DNA of 64,000 nt, from positions 35,588,001-35,652,000 of the forward strand of contig NC_087450.1 in assembly GCF_036321535.1 (NCBI RefSeq), in the 5' to 3' direction. Source of the DNA: Camelus dromedarius. Taxonomy: Eukaryota. Position 1 is the stretch's first letter. Each line of letters opens with the position of its first letter. Positions 12,133 to 26,089 of this stretch are shown here, in pieces. Position numbers and translations under genes: made by a program. The notes under the pieces are model-generated. The model saw nothing but the letters and a program-made list of their open reading frames with translations, was not told the DNA's origin and searched no databases.

Positions 12133-15029
12133 CCTAGACTAATTGGTGCATGGGGAATTAAAAACCACGCTTGTTTTCCATGTTTGTCACCAAAGCAAGT
12201 AGTAGGTGTTATGCCTTCCCCCTTTGGAGGTATTGGAGCTGTGCTATGTGCTCACTTCTTTCCCAAGGGCCAGGATTGTGATGGAGGTGTCTATGTGAGC
12301 AGAAGGCTCAAGAATGCTTGCAGGGAGATTCTTCTGGAGATTTAGCCACTACTCTGTCATCATTGCCTTCAACTGATTAGCATGAACGAAGCACCATGCC
12401 TTGGCAAGTTACTCAGTTTCTTTTTCTCATGGGCATAGATTATGGCCCAGCACTTACTGTGCTGAAACCCTCTTCCACCCAACTGCGTTTGCCCTAGGGA
12501 GGATGTTTGGGCAGAGGCAGACGGGAAGCTCTTGCAGGCACAGTATAGAGTGATGGACTTGAAGGCGAGGAAGGATGCAGGCGAGAAGCCAGTTGCCAAG
12601 TTCCCTGGATCATCACCCTTGCAAGTCCAAATGTGTCCAAATCACCTTAGCAGCTCCCCTTCCTGAGAAGTGAGCAGCAGTTTGCCACTTTCTTCCTTCT
12701 CCCTTCCCTTCTCCATGTCACATCCAGTTTCAGAACAGGCTTGACCGATGTTCCAGGGCTCTTAATTCGAGATGAACCATCTGAGCAGGGAATGAGTTTA
12801 TCTACAGTTTCTCTTCGTGAATAAGGGAAAAAGAGAGGAGGAAAGGAGGAGAGCCTGAATGCTGACAGTGCAATCTTGTGGCTAAAAGTGTCTTTAAGAG
12901 TTTTTCCCCCCTCTCCGTAGAGCAGGCAAACCACTCAGGCAGTCAGCTTCCTTCATGGGTAATGAGTATGGACATCTTTCCTGGGATTCTGATGGCAGAA
13001 TATGTAGAAACAAATTATTTGTGACATAGAGCCGCAGAAACGTTAGGTGGTAGGTGCAGCATAACAATCTAATCTCACTTGGCTCTGTCTCCCAGAGAGG
13101 CGGGTAAGGCTGTGCCAGCCAGCCTTGAATCCAGGTCACCTGGTGAGAGACGCCTCGAGTAGCCGCCTTGCTGGAGAATTAAGAGTCTGGAACTTTGTTT
13201 TTTCTTACTCTTTGAGTAGTCCATACCTCTGCCTCCAGTGGCTCCAAGTTCACTGCCACTCTCCTTACTCCTTGTATGGGGCAGGGTTGGGGGATACAGG
13301 AGGCATGAAGCCCAGGGCAGAATATGGACTAACTGAATTGTTATGTGACCATCTAAGTCATTTGTTCTGAGTGTTCTTGAGGAACAATTCTAAAATACAC
13401 AATCATCTATTTTATTTCGCCAACAGTGATAGTACTCTACAATCATATTAAGTTTTTATTGTCTTCAGCGTGCTTTCTTGTGCCCTCTCCCACATCATCC
13501 TTACAATAGTGCTCCCGAGTACATAAGTTCCCACTGTTATGAGAGTTTAACGTTGACCATAGTGTTGAAACCATAGCTTTTTAAATTCTTTCTAAGTAGA
13601 GGAAATGTGGTAGAACTTATCTGGAACTAATCTAAAAAGATTAAACTAATTCATCACCTTGAGGGACAGCAGAAGTTGAATATTTTATGTGTATGTTTTC
13701 CCCCCTGAAATTAACACCTCCATCCATTCCCCATGTGTCTCAATAACCCCCTCATCCACCAAATCCCTTGGTAAGTTGCTCTTTTTAGTAAAAACAGTAG
13801 ATTTCATTCATAAACCCCATGAAACTAAAGCTGCTGAAAACACAGCATACTCAATTTTCCAATCCTATAACCAAATCCATTTATGGGAAGAAAATGGCCA
13901 AGAAGTCAGTGTGACTCCCAGTAGGAGGCAGGTGGAAGCAATTTGTGGGACAAAGTAGCCAATTTGTGTTTGATGTGTGTGCCCCATTTCTATTACCCAC
14001 ACACTAATTAGCCACAGCAAATAGAGACGCTAGGGTTTTTTAGAATATGTATGTCGTAATTCTCTTAGTCTGTATGAAGCTAACATGTAAGTCATGCATC
14101 TTTCTCTTAGTTGTCATGGAATTCTTCAGTTTAACATATTAAAATAGTAGCCCTTCCTCTTGGAAGGACCTATTGCAGATGAGCCATTAAAGTTTCATTC
14201 ATTCCCCAGAACTGTCAATCTACTAATGCTAAGATTACTGCTCTTCCAACAGAGTGTTTTGAGGTTTGGGGTGCATATTTACATATGTTAAACAGCTGGA
14301 TGAAAACTTCAGCCTGTGTTATTTTTCCAAACTTACAAATGGTTGGCATCATACTGAGTCTCTAGTCAATATTAAATTAGATATGATTAATGTTATAACC
14401 ATATTTAATTAAATATGATTAAGTATTTGCTTTACACAATGTGGAAACAACACACCGCTTTTGTCTCAGGATGTAGTGACCTACTAAATTATATATATTT
14501 TGAATTTCAGAAAACTAGAGTTAGGGGAAATGGGTCATCACTCCACTTTGTTACAAAGTAAGGAGTGATTGCTCTAGATAGAAGTTTATACCTGAAAGGC
14601 ACCTTAGAACTTTTCAGCACTTTTTTGTTTCAGATTTAGAACCCAGATTCTTGGAGCAAGAATCTGGCATAGCTAGGACCTCAAAGCAACTTCTTCAAAA
14701 ATCTGACACTCCCAAATAAATAATTATGGAGCATATACTTACATGTCATGGAGTTACTGGGTCTGAAACTGGGAACCCAGGAATGGATAGGATACGGTGT
14801 CTGCCCTCAAGGAATTCACTGTCTATTTCTGTCTTTTGACATAGTTCCTAGTCGTAAGACCAGAAAAATACTACGAGTATCCTGTGCTTTCACTTCAACA
14901 AGACATTTGAGAAAAGCTTTCATCATATTCACATGCCAAGACAGAGACATAGGAGGTCAAAGAAGGCTGGATTATGCAGCCATTAAGTAACAGCCATCAA
15001 AGAGTAGTGCTTGATGTCAGCTTGGCCAA

Positions 15030-15290
15030 AGGGAGACTCTAGTGGAGTGGCGTAGAAGAGTCCTTGGAGAGAGGTCTGACGCTTTGTCAACTACGTGGGT
15101 GAAAATACAGGATAATTAATGAACTTGTTGATGACAAAAAGGAAGAAGATAGAGCAAAGGCAGTATGTAATGGTTTCAGTATCAACAAACAACAAACAAA
15201 ATGAGTCAAAAATAAAATAGGGAAAATTAACAGGACTAAATATAGAACACTACATGGAGCTATCCAGCTTGACAACAAACACAATTAATT
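15030..15290 (+). mobile_element. L3/CR1 reverse-transcriptase relic
   Basis: ctctagtggagtg...gtccttgg...gttgatgacaaaaag (ADDTK-like) ...ggaaaattaacaggactaaatatag follow the order of recalled CR1 RT motifs. Confidence 0.6.
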
Positions 15291-17699
15291 ACAGTGACTA
15301 GGCTGTTTCATTTGTATTGAATACTTTTAGCAGAACTTTGTCTTTCATTTCATTTGATTTGGTAAAAAAGAGAAATAAAAAGGAATCAGAAGTAGAATTT
15401 AGGAATCTGTACCCTGAATGGATATTAAGGGGTGGGTTTCTTACAAATGAAAATCTTAGCCTTAATAACTTCAGTTTTGCTGAGTTCTCCATGAATTAAC
15501 TTATTCCTATAGAGAGGCAAATTTTTACTTTTTTCTGTTTGCTTTAAAACAATAGTTTGAATTTTGTATATAAGATACCAAATCTTTTATATTCAGTACT
15601 TTGTTTCAACGTATTTGTAGAAGAAATGATGGATATTTTAAGTACGTAGTAGCTACACCTAGTGTTCCCATTCATTAGCATGCATTTGGGCAGAGAAAAC
15701 ATGCAATTTAGCATTCAGGCGCAATTTTAAATGTCCACTTACCAAAAGTCCCTTAGTTAATGGGGAGTTTGAAGAACCCACCAGTTTTCCCCACCCATAT
15801 AGTTAATAGCAAAATATAGGAAAATGTTCCTAAAAGTCATGGAAGGTAGCAAAATCTCATTTTAATTGGAAGTTTAATAGAGCTCCTAAATGAAGCATAA
15901 CATCCTCATGAAAAAGAAATCAGAAATCAGTTTACTGCTCTTGCTTGGCTCGTGTCTTTACTATCTCTCTCTCTCTCACTAAACAACTGAAAGTTCTTAG
16001 GAGTCGGGCTGCAGCATCTGCATATTTTAAGATGCTCTCAACAAGAAGATGTTATTCCTAGAAATTTGAGGACCTAGTCATTCTGCCGTTGGGCTCTCCT
16101 AGTTAAGAAAAGTACCTGAAGCACTTTATGTTTTTTTCTTTTCCCCAGAATCACTTTTAATATTCTTCAGTTGCCACAGAGGGAGTACTAATGTACAATG
16201 CAAATCAGATCTGACTAAATGGATTAAGGAAAGTAGATTGAGGCCTGTTCCTTATTTCTTCGCAAAATTGAATAAATTATTAGCTTATCTAGTCAAAGCC
16301 CAAGAGCAGTAAGGGCAATTTTCAAATTCTCAGTATGGTGCTTGGATGCTATAAATGTCATTCTCTCTTTACCACATGCAGCCTCCTTCCTTGGGCACAC
16401 CCTCTCTCTTCCTCTCCCCTCCTTCTCCTGCTCTCAAGAATGAGCCCTTGGAGAGGTAGCAGGAAAGAGGAATGTTGACTTAAAGCTTTAATGATAGCCT
16501 TATCTCCAAATGCAGTGTATTCTAAAAGTAGATTGTGGATGGACTGAGAGTACAGTGCTTCTGTGACTAGGAGCCTATTAAATTGCATAGAATTTATAGG
16601 ATTAATAATCTTTTGATCACATTATCACTATATAGGACTTAAAAATTCAGTGTCAACAATGTCATGATTCACAGGTCTTTCTGGTACCACATTTTCCTTC
16701 TTGTGATCAAAACCTGCTGGACTCTAATCCTGCCATTTATCATTCATCACATAGAAGAATTCCGTAGCCTGACACTAAATAAATAAAACAATTATCAGGA
16801 CAAAGAATTTTCTCATTTCTTTAGTCATGTTTATAGATGGATTTAAAAAAAAATAGATGAAACCTTTTAGAATGACCATGATATACAACAAATCATCACA
16901 AATTCCATTATGATTTTTATATTCAGTATATTCCTTTTGAATTCACTGTTTGTTAAGTAATTTGGTCATCTTTATGGATTTGCTGTAGTCATCGCTTTTC
17001 TTGGAAATACTATGTTTCTAAAGAAATCTGAGGAAGTTCTGGACTTAACAGTCTAACTTTCCTTCTGATCTTTTTTTTTCCCTCAGTGGAAGTCATCTTT
17101 TCAGAATGGTATACTTGCAACATAAGAGTATATGTCCATGTGACTATAGGCTGTATAAAATTAGATTCTTTAATTACATCTTTTCATTATTAGGAAACAA
17201 AAATATGACCAGCAAGTGTTATATCTTTTCAATTGTTGTTTTTAGGGCAAGGATGGACATGGAGGCTACATTTAATTTTATTTTAATAACCCAGGAAATA
17301 CATTTTTCCTTTGCCAATTAAAAATATAAAATTAAAATTATTCAGAAGTTTTAAAAAAAGTAAAAGTTGAAAGCCCATGTTAAACCTCTGTTACAAATAA
17401 GACATAGCTGCTGATTGGTTTGGACAGAAACTTCTGGACCTTTTCTAGGCGTTTATATATATAGGTAGGTATACATAGATAGCACTACTTAATTAGAACT
17501 GTATCTGCTATTATGCAGCTTGCTTCTTCTCTTAACCTAAAAATTTGTCCTGGATATTTTATCAGCAAATTTAGGTCTACCTCCTTTTTAAAAATTCTTG
17601 CTTGGATTCAAAGCCTAGTTTGGCCACTTGACATTTCAGTGGCCTCCCATAAGCTCCTTTACCTCATCATCAAAGTGCAGGCAATAACTGAAGATTTCT

Positions 17700-17950
17700 G
17701 TTGTTACGAAGATTAACTGAGTCATTGCATGAGAATACTTAGAACAATTTCTAGCAGATAGCAAACCATATATGTCAGGGAAAAAAAATCCCATATTGAT
17801 GGACATTAAAGTTGTTTCCAGATTTTTTTTTTTTAACAAAAATGCTACCTTACGAATTTTTATGCACTTGTAAAAAAAAAAATCTATAAGCTCCTTGAAG
17901 TAGAATTGCTGGATTCAAGGTTATGCATAAATAATCTTGCATAAATCATC
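17700..17950 (-). mobile_element. Old L1M fragment
   Basis: cccatattgatggacattaaagttgtttccagatttt...agtagaattgctggattcaagg. Confidence 0.7.
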
Positions 17951-18744
17951 TCCTTGATAATCTTGGCCATAAAGATATCTCACTGCAGTTTGAGGCGTGA
18001 GCAGCAAATTCTAGTTTACTTCCCTTTTACTATTTAGCTCTTTACTGAAAATATTAAATCAGTTGTCATGGATTCTACTGATCCTAATGCTTTATATACA
18101 CAAAACTTTCTAAACCTGATACATAAACCTTCATATAATAATTGAAAACACCTTGAACTGTGTACCAATTCATACTGTTTCTAAAGTAACATCTAGATAT
18201 CTTATTTTATACAACTTGATTAAATAACATCAAGAGTTTGACTTTTTTTGATGACAAAAAATTATGTGCACGAACAGACCATAAACAAGCCTGTAGAACA
18301 TCCTTCATCTATATGCCCCTGGATAGCAGTGGACTAGCCCCCGACAAATTGTACCCAGCTGAGGACTTTTCAATTGCCTTGAAGAAACCAGAGAGAAACT
18401 AGGTCAAAAGCTTAACAGAATTGCTTTCTCTACCCTTCACTTAGCATCAATACAGTGATTTTTCTTGTAAAGCCCTATGAAGTTACAGATTACAAACTCT
18501 CTGATATTATGGGAAAATTAGAAGTGTTTAAATTTCACCTGCTTCTACTGAGAAAAATGTGGTTTTAAAATATGAATGACTGAAACTCCCACTGATTTGT
18601 ATGCAAACCCTAAAACTCCAAGTTTAGGGGGTTTTTTAATTGAATGCAGTCACATCAATACAACTTTATTTAAAATCCGGTGTGGCTGAGAGGTTTTTTT
18701 CAGAGACTCCAGTCATTTACCTATTTAAAGTTCCTACTGCCTGT

Positions 18745-19170
18745 TACATGTACGTTCCCTACCTTTGTGAAGCTTTCATGCCAGTAGGAATCACAGAAAT
18801 AAGAAAGGAGAACATACCAAAGTGTAAATGCAGATTATGAAAAAAAAATGCTGTAAGAATGAAAGGGTTCAGTAAAAACTGAAACAGGAGACCTGACTTA
18901 GATTAGGTGGTCAGGGAAATTCTTTGCTAAGGAAGTATCATGTGGATAAAAATCTAGCATCTGACTGGGACATTATGCTGTACACCAGAAACTGCAACTG
19001 AACTGTACTTCAATTTAAAAAAAAAAAAAGATTTAGGAAAAGGAATTCAAGACAGAAGCACATTCAAGACAAAAGAAACAGCGTGTATGGAGATTTTGTG
19101 GGAGGGGAAAAAATGTGATCTACTCAAGGACAGGAGGGAAGGCCACTGGACCAAACTGAGGGAGAAAGTA
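18745..19170 (-). mobile_element. L2 fragment interrupted by a short L1 tail
   Basis: gattaggtggtcagggaaattctttgctaaggaagtatca...gatttaggaaaagg are antisense L2 motifs. Confidence 0.6.
18958..19029 (+). mobile_element. Very short camelid-type L1 3' terminus with poly(A)
   Basis: attatgctgtacaccagaaactgcaactgaactgtacttcaattt plus a poly(A) run. The same motif occurs at 50166 and 51461. Confidence 0.85.
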
Positions 19171-20568
19171 ACCCCGAATGAAGATGGAGAAGTACACAGG
19201 CCCCTCCTCCAACCTGATCGGTGGCCTCTCAAAGTCAGCTGAGGGCGAATTTCTAAATGCCTATTCTCTCTGCCCTTCCTGAAAGTCCACTAGACGAAGG
19301 ATGAAGGAACAGACGCTCTTATCACTGACTTTGGTGAGACAATATGCAGGATGACAGAACACTCTTTGATCCCCTGTTGACACTCTTCAAGGTCTAAAAT
19401 CGCCAGGTTCAGCCCTTTCCTCAGAATGACTTCACGAAAGACAAATCAGAAGGTACAGTGGTTTGTTGAGAAGGGAACCATTATTTTCTGAAGTCAATTT
19501 ACAGAAGGCTTCCAAGATGTTATTGATTTAAAAGCTCACAATCACTCCTCTGGGTGTACTTCTCTCAATTAGGTCTTGAATCCACACCGTATTATATTCT
19601 GAAATGAGCTTTCCTGGGATAGATTTGTCCCCATGATGGATAATCATGGAGATCATGCCAGGTGACCAGGGATCTCTCCAGAGGGGTGTCTCTGGAAGCA
19701 GCTGTTCCACAGCAGCTTGACCCCAAATCCAGCTCAGACACTGGAAAAAAAGCCCAAAGTCCCACATGAGACTCCCTGGTTGTCTGGCAATTTTATTGCC
19801 AAGCCCTCCAAAAGGCTATCACGTTATGAGGCAGGGGAAATAAAAATGAGAGAAAGGCAGATCAGTTAGTCTGACTTGTCAGCAGTAGACATTTGAAGAC
19901 TCCTCTACTATACGTTAACATCATAGGTAGGAAAGTCCTGAAAATATATTTATTTTTTCTTTTGCTATTGCCCTGATGAGAATGTGAGTGTCCTAGAAAG
20001 AGAAAACTGTGTATGTTAACCTCATTGCTCAGTTTTCCCTCCTTCTTTTCTTGCTTTCTTTCCTCTAAATCACAAGTAAAAACTTTTAATGTAGTTTATA
20101 TTTAATTCACCATGGACATGTAAAGACAGACTATAAAACAATTGTACAATTAACCATGTGGTGTGACAAGTTAATGTGCTGTTAGAGTTCCCATATATGT
20201 TGAATGCACAGGTGTTTTTAACAATTTGCAGCTTGTAAGAATTTGAAAGTGAGCTGGTAGATTGTGAAAGAGGTAAAGGGGCCTTTCCGATAATCACCAT
20301 GTTGTTGTTACTGAGTATAACTTCAACCTGGCAATAAAAGTTAAGAGCGAATCCATTCTAACTTGCTTTATGAAAATAGGATAAAAACTTCACATTAGCT
20401 GAAAAATCCAATGGATAAAAATCCATTAACATAAAATAACAAAGGGCTTTTTGAGGGACACATAAAGTTATTCTTACACTAGTTGGGGTCAAATCATCAT
20501 CATAATAATAGAGTTTGGTTCCCTCAGAGGCGATTAAATCAGGGCTGCTCTGGATTGATGGTGCAGAG

Positions 20569-20580
20569 CCACCAGGGGGC
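20569..20580 (+). promoter_or_regulatory. Candidate CTCF site
   Basis: CCACCAGGGGGC matches the first 12 positions of the core consensus CCASYAGRKGGCRS. Motif only. Confidence 0.4.
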
Positions 20581-22100
20581 CTTTTTAAAATGCAAGTCTC
20601 CATGGTGCCATTGCTAGACATGTACCCCACTTCCCTTCCTCTTGGAGAAAAAATATCCCAGGGACTCATCTACAAATGGGAGTGAGTCGTGTCGTGACAG
20701 CAAAGCCCCGGGTTTTAACCAAGAGACTCCCAGTTTGGGATCCAGGTAACAGAGAATTTCAGCATGAAACTTAACCTCCCTACTGATAATGTATAGCCTC
20801 TGTTTTTATTTTTTAGATTTTGTTGAGCAAAGTAAGGAACTCAGACATAAAGTCATGGAATCATAAACTCAAAACCACTGATTTAACACTCTGGACCCCT
20901 CTTCCCTTTGGCTCAGCTCTGGCTTTACATTGTAGACTGGCAAGTTTGTTTTGAGACAACACTTGTAATAATCAAGAACACAGGTGTTCAGTTGGCATAA
21001 ACTTTGCTTGCTATATATTGCATTGAATTTCTATGTCTAGAAAATATGCCCAGTCGTTACACAGTTCTGTCATGGGCACCAATCATGGGGAGAACATCAG
21101 AGTTGCGGGGTGAGGCGGAGTCGAACTCGAAGTTTAGCCAAATTGCTTCAAACATTTTTTATTTTGGTTTTGCTTTTTAACTGCTGTATATTAAAGGTGA
21201 GGACAAGGAAATACTGACCTGGACTACTTTAAACTATCTGTGAAAAAAAGAGAAAAGTCATTGCTCATTATTAAACATGATAATGGAATCTTTGTGGTCC
21301 TTCAAGTCCTGATGACTGAAACATAAAGTTACATAGAGCAACTATAATATTCTTTGTTTTCTGGTTTCAAAAAAATGCATTGTGGTTTTTTAGGGACACA
21401 AGTTCCCTTTGCTTTAATTCTCTTAATTCTTTTTGAGCATGTAACAAAGATTTGTAGGACAGTCAAGCTGGATGAGAAAGGAGCGAGTTATCCCAGGAAA
21501 TGCGTTACTGTAAATCTGGTCCTGATGCTGCCAGTCTTTTTCTTTGAAAATGTATCAGCTTGGCTTCCTTATCTATAGGAGGGGATGAAGTAATCGTGGA
21601 AAGAACATAAGTTTAAGATCTGATGTTATCTCTACATTGTGTGGGTATTGATGCTATGTACAGGTCAAATAGAAGATGCAGAATTTGCCCAAACTATGCT
21701 ATCTACCTCTGTTCCAAACTAAGACAAAAACACAGGAAAACTTTTGAAAAACAGTAATTTTTTGCCTTTTAAACCACATTCCTCGTTATTTCAAATATTT
21801 ATTGAACTTGAATATGATCCCGGCACCATCAAGGCCCAGCAATGAGAAAGATAGGGGCCTTGATTTGGTAAAGCCAACTGTCCGGCTCACAAACTTGAGA
21901 CCAAATCATGGACACTAATTCTCTATCCTTCAAATTCCCTGCAAGTACCCTTATGTTATCCAAAATCCACCATTCCAGAATGCTTACTCCTCCAATAGAA
22001 TGCTTGCTTAAGATTTTTCCTAGGTCCAACTACCTACCAAAATATGTTTGTCTTCCACTCCGCTCCCTCAAACCCTATCTCTGCTTACTAATCTAATACT

Positions 22101-22176
22101 ATGTGTGTGTATATATACATATGTATATATATACACACATTCACTATTTTATATATATATACACACATATATATAC
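22101..22176. repeat. Compound (TG)/(TA)/(CA) microsatellite
   Basis: Seen directly; abuts the truncated Tigger end. Confidence 0.9.
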
Positions 22177-22960
22177 AAATTGCAATAAAGCAAGTCACAG
22201 GAGTTTTTTTGGTTNNNNNNNNNNNNNNNNNNNNNNNNNNNNNNNNNNNNNNNNNNNNNNNNNNNNNNNNNNNNNNNNNNNNNNNNNNNNNNNNNNNNNN
22301 NNNNNNNNNNNNNNNNNNNNNNNNNNNNNNNNNNNNNNNNNNNNNNNNNNNGTAATCTTTTTGTTGGTGGAGGGCCTTACCTTGATGTTGATGGCTGCTA
22401 ACTGATCAGGGTAGCTATCGCTGAAGGTTGGGGTGGCTGTGACAATTTCTTAGAATAAGACAGCAAAGAAGTTTTGCCTCACTGATTGACTCTTTCTTTC
22501 ACTTGAACAACTAGAGGTCATTGTAGGGTTATTAACTGGCCTAATTTCAATATTATTGTGGCTCAGGGAATGGGGAGACCCAAGGAGAGGAAGAAATGTG
22601 GGAGCTTGGCTGGTCTTTGGAGCAGTCAAAACACACACATTTATTAAGTTTGCTGTCTTATATGGGCATGGTCCATGGAAACTCAAAACAGTTACAGTAG
22701 TAACAACAAAGATCACGGATCACCACGACAAATGTAATAATAATGGAAAAGTTTGAAATATTTTGAGAATCACCAAAATGTGACACAGAGACCAGAAGTG
22801 AGCAGATACTGTTGGAAAAATGGCACTGAAAGACTTGTTCATTGCAGGGTTGCTATAAATCGTTAATTTGTAAAAAAAAAAAAAAAAAACAAAACAAAAC
22901 CCACACACAATATTTGCCAAGCACAATAAAATGAAGTGTAATAAGATGAGGATATGCCTG
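22177..22960 (-). mobile_element. Internally deleted Tigger1 derivative spanning the assembly gap
   Basis: The TIR end gaggatatgcctg finishes at 22960. The minus strand matches the recalled Tigger1 5' part (aatattgaaattaggccagttaataaccctacaatgacctctag) and 3' part (cagccaccccaaccttcag...cagcagccatcaacatc). Left of the gap is gcaataaagcaagtcac. Confidence 0.9.
22215..22351. other. Assembly gap (137 N)
   Basis: Run of n characters. Confidence 1.
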
Positions 22961-25472
22961 TGCTCACTTTGAAGTTATCCTCAGCTTGAGTGCTGAGGTA
23001 CAGGTGGAGGTCAGAGGGCAGGACGTGAGGGAGAATTTTGGCCAAGTCAAAGCCAGCAAGACTGACAAGACCACCTCATCTCATACCATTGAGCCTCACT
23101 GGAGCCAGAACCCCCCTCGTGGAGCTTCTACAGTTTCTCTTTTTCTTCAGCAAAACGTGCATTCCCCTTGCAACCTATTTTGTAGAAATCCTTATCTTCA
23201 TGTCAAATGATTCGCTTTCCTAAAATGTGATTCTGTTAAATAAAAACAGAGCAGATGAGAACTTTATTTCACGTGTGAAGCCCTAGGAACAATTCTCCAT
23301 GGGTGTATGTATTTATTTTTCCGATGAAAATTCATGAAAACACTGTCATGAATCCAGGCCCCATGATGGGTTTATTTTCAGAACAGACCACCTTGCCTTA
23401 AGCACCGCATATGGTTCACAGAGAGTCTGCAGAGAACAGTGTGGATGAAGACAGCGGAAGGGGAAAGCAGAAGTGGTTTCTAAGCCAAAGGACCAGGAGC
23501 TGCTTTCACACTAAAATCCACTTCTTTTTCTTTTCCTTGTTGCTTCAGGCCACTGCCCCATTAAAGTTTCATAATATCGTGCGTGCTCCTCCCCTTTCCA
23601 GAATCCCTGCAGAAACCATGATCTGGGGCTTGGCAAGACAGAGTGGTATCCATGATGAGCAAGTGCCTTCTGTTCCCATCCTTTCTCTCTGCCCTCTGGA
23701 GCTAGCCAGGAGCAAAAGAAGGAAATCGCAGTTTACTCTTTACCGCTGTACCATTCTTTCTTGATATAGAGGAAGAAAGTGCCTGGCTTAGCATTCCACG
23801 GTGAGTTAATGTAGTGGGAAGACCAGCTCTCACCCTCCCACTTGCCAGGATGGCTCTTGATTATCAGCCCATGCAGAGCCCCCATTTCAGTTTCCTATCC
23901 TTCCAGTCCCCACCCCTCGTCCTCCCCTGTCCCTCCGTCCAGCCTTCATGGCCCTGTCATCTTGATAGAGTGAGTTGGAGCTAAGAACCCCCTTTCCCTT
24001 GCCCATATGCACACACACAGACATACACAAACCTTCCCTACCTGGTTGCCTGAGAGATTCAGGAATAGGATTACCCTTTGCTGGGAGCTTCTAGGCAGTT
24101 TCCCAAGCATCCCAGATACTGACTTTCTTGGAACAACAGAGCATCCTGAGTTCATAAGTCTCTGATCCAGGGCCATTATGGATAATGTAAGCTTTTGTGA
24201 GTGCCTCACTCCCACGATTTTTCTGAGAACATATATAGACTGCTGACAACTTACAAATGTGTTTTGGAAATACAGCTGTTTTAAATATTCTTCATTACTG
24301 ACATCTCAACCAACCACTTAATTCTGCACCTATAGAATTGCATTGCTCTGTAGTCATTGTATTTGTGTTTGTTTTTTCTAGTCAACTAGACTAGAATACA
24401 CAATACTGCAAGTTGCACTTTACTATGGTCTCAAGATGGTAATATTTAAGGAATATTTTCTGACAGACTGGCTCATTTGGAAGTTTAGTATAACATCTAT
24501 TATGCTCCAAATTGTTTAAAATACTTTTTAGGAAGTGTGATGTGTGTACGTGCGTGTTTTGGAGGGGGCGGGGACTTGATGATCTGTTACGCATCTGGAA
24601 GAGGGTAGACATACTTAAGGACCATAGGCGGTCACTTTATTAAAGTCTGACTCCATAATGGCCTGATGGTCCGACTCCATCCTGTCCACCATCACATCCA
24701 CTTCCACCTCACTGGGTGCAAGTTGAAAGTGCAGGGGAGAACGCATATACAGAGCTAGTTCAATCACGACTTTGATCAGACCATCAGACCAATTAAACAC
24801 ATGCGACTTAGAAGATACCATGATCCACAGGGCATGGAATCATTAGTTGCTCCAAGTTCCACATGGTAGGTCCCTGGTTGTTTGGTTTGGAAAGCTATTT
24901 TAAGAATGGTTCCTAATGGACTGTGAGTGAACATATTTGTCCATCTTAGCTCAGGGCTATGAAGAAACTCATCAATGGAACAGAGACACCCTTTGCCTAG
25001 TACAAAGCTCATTAGATTGGCACCTTGGCCCAGCTGCCTTAGAATATAAACCTCTTATCTTATAGACCAGTCATTAAGGGGTAGCCAAGTCTTTCCCCTT
25101 CGGGCAAATCAAAGTGTGATCCTTAAGGAGTTCATCGGCCACAAAATCCTCTTCTACAATCAATGATTGCATTTTAAAGAGAGTTCATGGAATATTCTTA
25201 ACATAAGCCTGTTTCCAGCGTTGGTTACCTCTCAAAATAAATGCATATGAGATATTGGCAAGCTACAGGAGGTATCACCTGTCTTTTGTGACCTGCTCTG
25301 AGTTTGCTGCTTAGATTACAGTGTGAAAGTTTAGATTAGAAACAAATAAAGAGCAGATGCCTTCCTGTGAACATGGGGTTATCCCTAAAATGAAGTCTCT
25401 TCTCTTTGAAGATAAAATGGAGTTTAAAAATGGAATGAAAGTCTTCCCCTAGAAGCTGCAGAAGTGGAGGAT

Positions 25473-25585
25473 TCCATTCATTCATTGAAGAGACATCTAT
25501 TAGCTACCATGGTCTACGATGTGCCAGACACTATTCTAGGCACTGGGTATTGAGCAGTGAACAGCAAAAACAGATAACCAGCCCA
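25473..25585 (-). mobile_element. L2 3' end
   Basis: cattcattcattg...gatgtgccagacactattctaggcactgggtattgagcagtgaac. Confidence 0.8.
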
Positions 25586-26089
25586 GAGTTCCAAACTCTG
25601 GCTGTTAGAGAGCCCTTCTGGTTCTCACATTTTCTCTGAGAGGTTTCCTGCAATATTACTAGTGTCTCAAACATGATTTTGGCAGTTAATCTTCAATCAG
25701 AAGATCATGTAAAAGACTTCAGGCAGTAATATTCCATTAGTAAAAGCCATGAAGAAGTGCCAAATGAAAAGTACAAAAAAAAAAAGTTCATCCTTTTTTT
25801 GATGCCCAGGGATCATTTCTATGATTCAGTTGATTGGATTAACAAGTTATTTTGTTGTAAAAATAACATCGTGATTATCTAGTGAAGAGAAATGAACAGA
25901 ATCAAAAGCACTGCCAGTGCCCTTACCCTGTATGAGCAAAATACTGGTATTTTGTTTAACTGAGAGTGATTATTTTAAGTTGGCACACAAAACTCAGAAG
26001 AAAACCCAGAGTATCTCATATGCAAACACTGTGATCTCCCTCTTTCTGTCGGTGACACTGTTGTCATTCCCTAGGTTTAGACAAATCAT

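Noticed and set aside
22101-22405. 84-aa and 100-aa ORFs
   Set aside because: Artefacts of the microsatellite and N-run.
24698-24751. WW-domain-like peptide PLPPHWVQVESAGENAY
   Set aside because: There is an in-frame stop 14 codons upstream, no second Trp and no splice sites; a chance resemblance.
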